From Vulcanimicrobiota bacterium (GTDB lineage Bacteria > Vulcanimicrobiota > Vulcanimicrobiia > Eremiobacterales > Eremiobacteraceae), in assembly GCA_963805945.1 (NCBI GenBank), contig CAWDVP010000001.1:224001-288000 (forward strand): 64,000 nucleotides of DNA, in the 5' to 3' direction. Positions 58,035 through 64,000 of the stretch are shown here, piece by piece (the first letter of the stretch is position 1; every line of letters starts with the position of its first letter). The notes beneath the pieces were generated by a model, which saw only the letters and a program-made list of their open reading frames with translations, had not been told where the DNA came from and did not search any database. Made by a program: the position numbers and the translations under genes.

Positions 58035-58886
58035 TCAGCCCCGAGGGGGAACCTTCGCCTTCCGACGTCCCTTCGTGGAACGCGGCTGCACGGGTGACAA
58101 GCGCTGGAGCCCCAGCCGTCGCAGCATGCGCGCGTCGGTGGTTCCGGGCCGCTTGGGTGGCGCGTAGAGCGTGGACGTGACGCCGACCGATGCCCGTGCG
58201 AGATCCCGCAGTGCTACGCGTTGGATCGACGGCGCGGCGAGGGGCGTGGGCGCGGCGTCGTAGATCGTGACGACGTGTTTCGGACCGTACCGTCGGATCA
58301 GCTCTCGCGCGAGGATCGCCAGTCCGCTGCCGCCGTAGGTCTGCTTATGCGTGAGGTCGCCGACGACCCCGATCTGGAACAGCACGAGCGGAATCGTCGA
58401 TTCGAACTTCGGTCTGCTGATCAAGAACGATGTCGCCTCGAAGGTGAGGCAACCGCTCCTCGCCGGGTCGACACCCAGGTCTGCGAACAGGCAATCCTCG
58501 CTCGATACGCCGGGCAGCATCGCGGCGGCGCGGCCGGACTCTCTCACGCGCACGATCGCCTCCGCCGTCGCGTCGACGAAGACCCCTGGATGGCCGTATG
58601 TCACCATGCAGACGTTCTCACCGCGGCGCACGTACGAAAGGACATCTTTCACGATGGCCTCGTAGATCCGCGCCCGGATCCGACCTGGTTTGTAGTGATG
58701 ATTGAGGGGTTCGGCGGTCGGGTTCAGCCGCTTGATCATCGCGGCGGTGATGAAGTCGGTGACCAAGTGCAGGACCTTGTCGGCACGCGTGATCGCGACG
58801 CGAGCGCCCGGCGTCAGATCCCGCCCGATCTGTATCCCGGTCCCGACGACTGTGAGCGATCCGCGTCGGGTTTGCGCGCGCTTCAT
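58035..58886 (-). CDS. Borosin-type peptide alpha-N-methyltransferase (OphMA/SonM family)
   Basis: GSLTVVGTGI, Y-x5-R-x3-Y (YKPGRIRARIY), YGHPGVFV, MLPGVSSEDCLFADLGVDP, FEAT and STLYAPP. Confidence 0.9.
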   Translation of the reverse strand: MKRAQTRRGSLTVVGTGIQIGRDLTPGARVAITRADKVLHLVTDFITAAMIKRLNPTAEPLNHHYKPGRIRARIYEAIVKDVLSYVRRGENVCMVTYGHPGVFVDATAEAIVRVRESGRAAAMLPGVSSEDCLFADLGVDPARSGCLTFEATSFLISRPKFESTIPLVLFQIGVVGDLTHKQTYGGSGLAILARELIRRYGPKHVVTIYDAAPTPLAAPSIQRVALRDLARASVGVTSTLYAPPKRPGTTDARMLRRLGLQRLSPVQPRSTKGRRKAKVPPRG

Positions 58887-58953
58887 CTGGGCTGCGGCGG
58901 TTCCGCACGCCCTTCGTCGCGCCCTGCGCGCAGAATTCTGCGCGTTGGGTGGG

Positions 58954-59463
58954 CTAGTTCGCGGCGGCTGCCGGTGCGCGGCGCGCGACGAGCGAGAGCA
59001 ACGCGCCTGCGACAGCGGCCACGATTATGATCCATGCTGCGTTCGGATCGCTCAAGAGCCCGAGCGGCGCTTGCGCATCGAGCGCATAGGCGCCGACGCC
59101 GCCAAAGGCGATCGCGAGCGCGGCGGCGATATTCGCGAGATTGTACTCGTAGCCGCCGTTGCTCGCCCAAAATCCCTTGCCGAAATGCACGGTGGCGATA
59201 GCGACGATCATCACCGCGATGATGAGCGCCGGGCCGACCGGATTGAGCCAGCCGAGCGCCGTGAGCAATCCGCCTGCGAGCTCACCGAAGCCGGCGACGA
59301 ACGCGAAGAGCACTCCCGGCTTCATGCCGAGGCCTTCGAAGAAGCCGCCGGTGCCTTTGAGGCCATAGCCGCCGAACCAGCCGAACAATTTCTGCGCGCC
59401 GTGCGCGAAGAAGATGGTGCCGAGCAGCAGGCGCGCGATGAGGAGTCCAATGCTTGTGATCAT
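58954..59463 (-). CDS. DoxX family membrane protein
   Basis: HGAQKLFGWFGG, ELAGG and GGYEYNL. Confidence 0.9.
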   Translation of the reverse strand: MITSIGLLIARLLLGTIFFAHGAQKLFGWFGGYGLKGTGGFFEGLGMKPGVLFAFVAGFGELAGGLLTALGWLNPVGPALIIAVMIVAIATVHFGKGFWASNGGYEYNLANIAAALAIAFGGVGAYALDAQAPLGLLSDPNAAWIIIVAAVAGALLSLVARRAPAAAAN

Positions 59464-59484
59464 GACGGGATTATAGTCTTAAAT

Positions 59485-59517
59485 GGGCCATAATGTAAGT
59501 ACGGACTATTATGACCC
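59485..59517. promoter_or_regulatory. Inverted repeat in the AT-rich doxX upstream region
   Basis: GGGCCATAAT-N13-ATTATGACCC (9 of 10 positions paired). Confidence 0.4.
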
Positions 59518-59536
59518 TAAATATCGAATAGGAAAG

Positions 59537-60448
59537 TCACTGAGCGGCGCGACACTGTTGATTGCCGCTATCGGTGAACGCGTACCCGGCGATCGGCGCG
59601 AAGCGCCACGCAAACGAGTGCGGGTGCAATGTCAAGAACAACACGCCGAACGTGCCGGCGGCCCGCGACTCGCTGTTCTGTCCTATCTTTAGAAAGATCG
59701 AGTGACTGCGCCCTCCCGTGCCGACCACGAACTCGGTGATGCCGCGCGCCGTGTCCGCGGCGCCCGCAGGCGTCTGCGGCGCAAAGCGCTCGTAGTCGTG
59801 GTCGTGACCGGCCAGCACGACATCCGCATCCGCCGCGTAGAGATCGTTCCAGAACGGCGCATAGCGCGGATCGCTGTTGTGCGTGCCTGAGGAGAAGCGC
59901 GGCTGATGCCAATACGCCAGCGTGCACGCCGCGTGATGCTGCGCCAAGTCCGCGCGCAGCCAGCGTTCCTGCGGCGAGCCCAGCCCGCAACCGCCGATGA
60001 AGTCGCAATTGCCGTTGAGCGCGATGATGTGCCAGCGTCCGAGGTCGAAGCTGTAGTAGCCTTTCGCCGGCGCGCCGGCGCTGGCCCCGAAGTACGCGAA
60101 GTAGCCTTCCGCGCGCGTTGATGAATAGTATTCGTGATTGCCCGGCGTCGGGTGCGTGATGGCTTTGACCTGGCCCCACGAGGCCTGATACGAGTGCTCG
60201 AACGCTTCGAGCGCACCATCTTCATATTGCTCGTCGCCGAGCGTGAGGACTGCGTCAGGATGCGCAGCGGCGATCAGTTTGTACGTTTGTGCTGCTTGAC
60301 AGCCGCCGAACATCGACTCGATGTTCGAACCGAGATGCGGCCTGCTGTCGCACGCGATGTCGCCGGCCGCAGCGATGAGCGGATCGTGCGGCGGGGTGTG
60401 GATAGGAGCCGCTGTTACGATGCTGAGAGCTGCGAGGAGCGCGAACAC
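59537..60448 (-). CDS. Exported metallophosphoesterase
   Basis: AAGDIA, LGDEQY, PGNHEY, WHQP and GHDHDYER. Confidence 0.88.
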   Translation of the reverse strand: MFALLAALSIVTAAPIHTPPHDPLIAAAGDIACDSRPHLGSNIESMFGGCQAAQTYKLIAAAHPDAVLTLGDEQYEDGALEAFEHSYQASWGQVKAITHPTPGNHEYYSSTRAEGYFAYFGASAGAPAKGYYSFDLGRWHIIALNGNCDFIGGCGLGSPQERWLRADLAQHHAACTLAYWHQPRFSSGTHNSDPRYAPFWNDLYAADADVVLAGHDHDYERFAPQTPAGAADTARGITEFVVGTGGRSHSIFLKIGQNSESRAAGTFGVLFLTLHPHSFAWRFAPIAGYAFTDSGNQQCRAAQ

Positions 60449-60520
60449 GCGCTCCTCTTCTTGAGCCGAGCCGCCCCGCCTTCGACCCGAGCTTCGCTCG
60501 GGCGCCACAGAGCTCGGACC

Positions 60521-61792
60521 CTACAGCAAGGGTCGCACGTAGCGGCGCCACACGAAGACGGCGATCAGCACCAGCGGCAGCCAGAACGGCGCGAACGCGA
60601 TGATGGTGAGCAGCCGCGAGACGAGCTTCACGGAGACCTTCTTGACGCTGATCAGCGCGGCTTTCCAGGCATCGGCGATCTGCACGCCGGCGCTCGGTTC
60701 GACGGTCGCGGCCGGCTTTTCGTCTTGGATGCCGATGGAGATGGTCGAATACGCCACGCGATGCTGCATCGACTGGAGCTGCGCGTCGAGCTGCTCGATC
60801 TGCTCGCGGACCTGTGCGATCTGCTGCGTCACCTCGAGCACATCGGGGATCTTGCCCGCGCGGTCCATGATGCGCAGCATGTCGCCTTCGGTGCGACGCA
60901 GGTTGCGCAAGCGCGCCTGCGCGTCGACGATCTGATCGGAGACGTTCTCGGCGCTGATGGAACGGGCTTGCACCGTGCCGAGCGCGGCGAGCGCGCTCAT
61001 CGTCTGGTCGAAACGATCGGACGGTACGCTGATCTGCACTTGCGCCGAGTGCCGGATGCCGGGCTGATAGGGCGTCTGGTCGTCGAGCGACACGATGTCG
61101 CCGAACTGTAGCTGCGCGACGCCCGCCAGCTGGCGCAGCGCCGCTTCGACGTCGGGCACGATAAGGTAGATGTTGCCGGTGCGGATGAGCTGCGGCCGCG
61201 TGATGCCGCCGGGCGGAATGCTCTTGTACAAGCTCTGCACGGCGCCCATCTCAGCCGGGGGAGCCGCCGGAGCAGCCGCCGGCGCACCGCCCATGGCCCC
61301 TTGCGGCAGATTGCTCGCCGAGCGCGTGGTGACCGCGTCGAGCGTCTTCGCCCGCTCGCCGGCCACGGGCTGATTGACAGGTTGACTCATGCTGTGAAGG
61401 AGCGGCTGGGGCTCGACCGCCACCACGCTCTCCGGCGGCCCCGACCAAGGACGAGCGACGATGATCAGCAGCGCGATCGCCGCCGCCGCGAGCGAAAAGA
61501 CCTTGCCGAGCGCGGGCAGCCTCCGCCACCACGCCGTCAGCGAGACCGTGGCGGGCGTCTGGGGCTCGGCGCTGGCGCGCGCAAGCGTGCGGCCGAGCAG
61601 ATAGTCGGAAGGACCGGGCGCGTCTTTTTCGATCTCGTGCAGCGCCGCATGCAGTTGCCGTAGCTGCTCGAGCTCGGCCGCGCACAGCGGGCACGTCGCC
61701 AGCTCGGACTCGACGGCGGCGCGGTCCTGCGGCGGCAGCGTGCCGTTGACGTACCAGGGCAGCAGTTCGACGATCCGTTCGTGTTGCATCAC
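60521..61792 (-). CDS. Anti-sigma (zf-HC2-like) / DUF4349 membrane protein
   Basis: ELLPWYVNGTL...ATCPLC, a transmembrane helix, and DUF4349-like ENVSDQIVDAQARL...RVAYSTISI. Overlaps the sigma factor stop. Confidence 0.8.
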   Translation of the reverse strand: MMQHERIVELLPWYVNGTLPPQDRAAVESELATCPLCAAELEQLRQLHAALHEIEKDAPGPSDYLLGRTLARASAEPQTPATVSLTAWWRRLPALGKVFSLAAAAIALLIIVARPWSGPPESVVAVEPQPLLHSMSQPVNQPVAGERAKTLDAVTTRSASNLPQGAMGGAPAAAPAAPPAEMGAVQSLYKSIPPGGITRPQLIRTGNIYLIVPDVEAALRQLAGVAQLQFGDIVSLDDQTPYQPGIRHSAQVQISVPSDRFDQTMSALAALGTVQARSISAENVSDQIVDAQARLRNLRRTEGDMLRIMDRAGKIPDVLEVTQQIAQVREQIEQLDAQLQSMQHRVAYSTISIGIQDEKPAATVEPSAGVQIADAWKAALISVKKVSVKLVSRLLTIIAFAPFWLPLVLIAVFVWRRYVRPLL

Positions 61793-62361
61793 ATCTCTCT
61801 CCGAACGCCCCGGTCATCAAGTATACGGCGCAGTTGCTGTTTCGCGTAGAAGACCCGCGTCTTGACCGTGTTGAGCGGACAGCCGACGATGCCGGCGATC
61901 TCCGCCTGTGAATATCCGTTGATGAACGTCAGCTCGAGCACGGAGCGGTGCTCGGGCGACAGCGCGTCGAGCGCGTCGCGCACGCCGCGCATGAGGCTGC
62001 CCGCGAGCGCGACCTCCTCTGGCCCTCGCTGCGGATCGGGCGCGTCCGCGAGCGTGGCCAGCTCGATCGCCTGCGGCGCGTGACGCCGCAGCGAGTCCAT
62101 CGCCTTGTGATGCGCGATGCCGAAGATCCAGGTCGACACCTTCGATTGGCCGCGGAAGCGAGCCGCGCTCTTCCACACCTCGAGCATGACGTCGCCTTGC
62201 AGCTCTTCCGCGGTCTGCGGTGTTCGCACGAGCCCGAGCAGATAGCGGTACAGCCGATGTTCGTATGCGCGGAAGAGGCGTTCGAACGCAGCGCGATCGC
62301 CCCGCGCGATGAGCTGCAGGTCGGGAAGATCGCCGTCTGGTGTGCTGCTCTGCGGCGTCAT
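61789..62361 (-). CDS. ECF RNA polymerase sigma factor
   Basis: GDRAAFERL, STWIFGIAHH and SQAEIAGIVGCPLNTVKTR. Confidence 0.93.
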   Translation of the reverse strand: MTPQSSTPDGDLPDLQLIARGDRAAFERLFRAYEHRLYRYLLGLVRTPQTAEELQGDVMLEVWKSAARFRGQSKVSTWIFGIAHHKAMDSLRRHAPQAIELATLADAPDPQRGPEEVALAGSLMRGVRDALDALSPEHRSVLELTFINGYSQAEIAGIVGCPLNTVKTRVFYAKQQLRRILDDRGVRREM

Positions 62362-62593
62362 GTCGCTTTCTCGCGCCCGCGTAGTCCCTTGTTGCGGTCG
62401 AATTCACTCGACCGTATTGAGCGGCGCGGCCGGGGCGGGCAGACCGGTCGCGCCACTCCGGCCATGTGTCGCGCCACGCGCGTATAAGGTTCATCGACTA
62501 AAGTCGCCCGCCGGTGAAGGGGCTTAAAAGGGCGTCCCAAGACCGCTACTGAAGGCTCGACGCCGATAGCCGGAAGAGCGTAAGGAGTTGACC

Positions 62594-64000
62594 GTGATCG
62601 TCGACCACGACATCTTGGTTCTCGGCGCGGGCCTCGCCGGAATGCGCGCGGCGCTCGAGGCGGCACGCAACGGCGCGAACGTCGCCATCATCAGCAAAGT
62701 CCATCCGGTCCGCAGCCATTCTGGCGCCGCGCAGGGCGGCATCAATGCCGCCATCGGCGAGGGCGATTCGTGGGAGATCCACGCGCTCGACACCATCAAG
62801 GGCTCCGATTACCTCGCCGACCAGGACGCGGTCGAGGTCATGTGCAGCGAAGCGCCGGGCGACATCATCGAGCTCGAGCACATGGGCGTCACCTTCTACC
62901 GCGGCCCCGACGGCAAGCTCGGCACGCGCGCCTTCGGCGGCGCCTCCAAAGCCCGCACGTATTTCGTCGGCGACATCACAGGGCAGGCGCTCCTCTACAC
63001 GCTGTACGATCAGCTGCTCAAAGCCGGCGTCAAGGTCTACGAGGAGTGGTTCGCGACCTCGCTCTACATGGTCGACGGCGCCTGCCGCGGCATGGTCGCG
63101 CTCGACATGATGAGCGGCGATCTGCACCTGTTGCGCGGCAAAGCCGTGGTGGACGCGAGCGGTGGCATGGGCCGCGTCTACGAGCCGAGCACGAACGCGC
63201 TCATCTGCACCGGCGACGGCATCGCGCTCGCCTATCGCGCCGGCGCGCCGCTCATGGACATGGAGATGGTGCAATACCATCCCACCACGCTCAAAGGTTC
63301 GGGCTTCCTCATGACCGAGGCGGCGCGCGGCGAGGGCGCCTACCTGCTCAACTCGCTGGGCGAGCGCTTCATGGAGAAGTACGCGCCGAAGATGAAGGAG
63401 CTCGCGTCGCGCGACGTCGTCTCGCGCGCGGAGTGGCAGGAGATCGCTGCGGGCCGCGGCATCGACGGCTGCGTGCTGCTCGACCTGCGGCATCTCGGTC
63501 CGGATGTCGTCCTCAAGAAGCTGCCGCAGATCCACGAGATGGCGCTCGATTTCCTCAGCATCGACATGCTGACGCAGCCGGTGCCCGTGCGACCCGGCAT
63601 GCATTACATCATGGGCGGCGTCAAGACCGACGCGGGCGCAGCCACACCGGTCCCCGGACTCTATGCAGCCGGCGAATGCGCGTGCGTGAGCGTCCACGGC
63701 GGCAACCGCCTGGGAGCGAACTCACTGCTCGACACGCTCGTGTTCGGCCGGCATGCAGGCGAGAATTCGGCGGCATATGTGAAGACCGTCGGCAACGTGC
63801 CGTCGGATGCGGCCGCTGAGGCGTTCCTCGCTTCAGAGCAAAAACGCGTCCAAGCTTTCTTGGATCGGCCGACGACCGCCGAGACGCACGCCAAGCTGCG
63901 CCTCGAGCTCGGCATGCTCATGGACGAGAAGGTCGGCGTCTATCGCGACGACGCCGGCTTGCGCGCGGCGCTCGCAGGCGTGCGCGACATCGCCAAACGC
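62594..64000 (+). CDS. sdhA: Succinate dehydrogenase/fumarate reductase flavoprotein subunit (3' partial)
   Basis: TAAGGAG RBS, GTG start, then [45 protein letters not shown] and [11 protein letters not shown]. It has no stop before the window end, so it is absent from the ORF track. Confidence 0.94.
   Translation, partial: MIVDHDILVLGAGLAGMRAALEAARNGANVAIISKVHPVRSHSGAAQGGINAAIGEGDSWEIHALDTIKGSDYLADQDAVEVMCSEAPGDIIELEHMGVTFYRGPDGKLGTRAFGGASKARTYFVGDITGQALLYTLYDQLLKAGVKVYEEWFATSLYMVDGACRGMVALDMMSGDLHLLRGKAVVDASGGMGRVYEPSTNALICTGDGIALAYRAGAPLMDMEMVQYHPTTLKGSGFLMTEAARGEGAYLLNSLGERFMEKYAPKMKELASRDVVSRAEWQEIAAGRGIDGCVLLDLRHLGPDVVLKKLPQIHEMALDFLSIDMLTQPVPVRPGMHYIMGGVKTDAGAATPVPGLYAAGECACVSVHGGNRLGANSLLDTLVFGRHAGENSAAYVKTVGNVPSDAAAEAFLASEQKRVQAFLDRPTTAETHAKLRLELGMLMDEKVGVYRDDAGLRAALAGVRDIAKR

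Noticed and set aside
58035..58886. Methyltransferase as a cobalamin/siroheme tetrapyrrole methylase
   Set aside because: It has YGHP rather than GDP, the borosin EDCLFADLGVDP motif, and no tetrapyrrole pathway genes nearby.
62362..62593. Possible ncRNA or riboswitch upstream of sdhA
   Set aside because: I could not recognise any conserved structure or motif; an Rfam search would be needed.

Overview
High-GC bacterial chromosome segment, gene-dense, with no rRNA, tRNA, CRISPR array or transposase detected. Gene content and Pro/Thr-rich exported proteins suggest Candidatus Eremiobacterota/Vulcanimicrobiota (inference only). 1-18 kb is a low-oxygen/stress island: phosphoketolase, acetate kinase, two USPs, a flavin-binding protein, a P-type ATPase, an acyl-CoA synthetase-GNAT fusion, a HemG-like flavodoxin, ADH, Hsp20 and a PRTase. 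It ends in a Cyc2-like cytochrome-porin, a CuA cupredoxin and a ba3-type oxidase, and five of its leftward promoters share one motif. 18-42 kb holds a GAF-only membrane sensor, a probable C-terminal selenocysteine glutaredoxin, ridA, mutM-like, glnA, PMM/PGM, nagA, an asparaginase and a MoxR/DUF58/SpoIIM/RDD cluster. 43-51 kb is a split 4-hydroxybenzoyl-CoA-reductase-like molybdoenzyme. 52-64 kb has msrB, a desaturase, cfa, a STAND-LuxR regulator, a split-borosin pair (alpha-N-methyltransferase plus a precursor with three GGHVQ repeats), an ECF sigma/anti-sigma pair and a partial sdhA. GTAG-type REP palindromes recur between genes. Five single-base frameshifts are probably sequencing errors.
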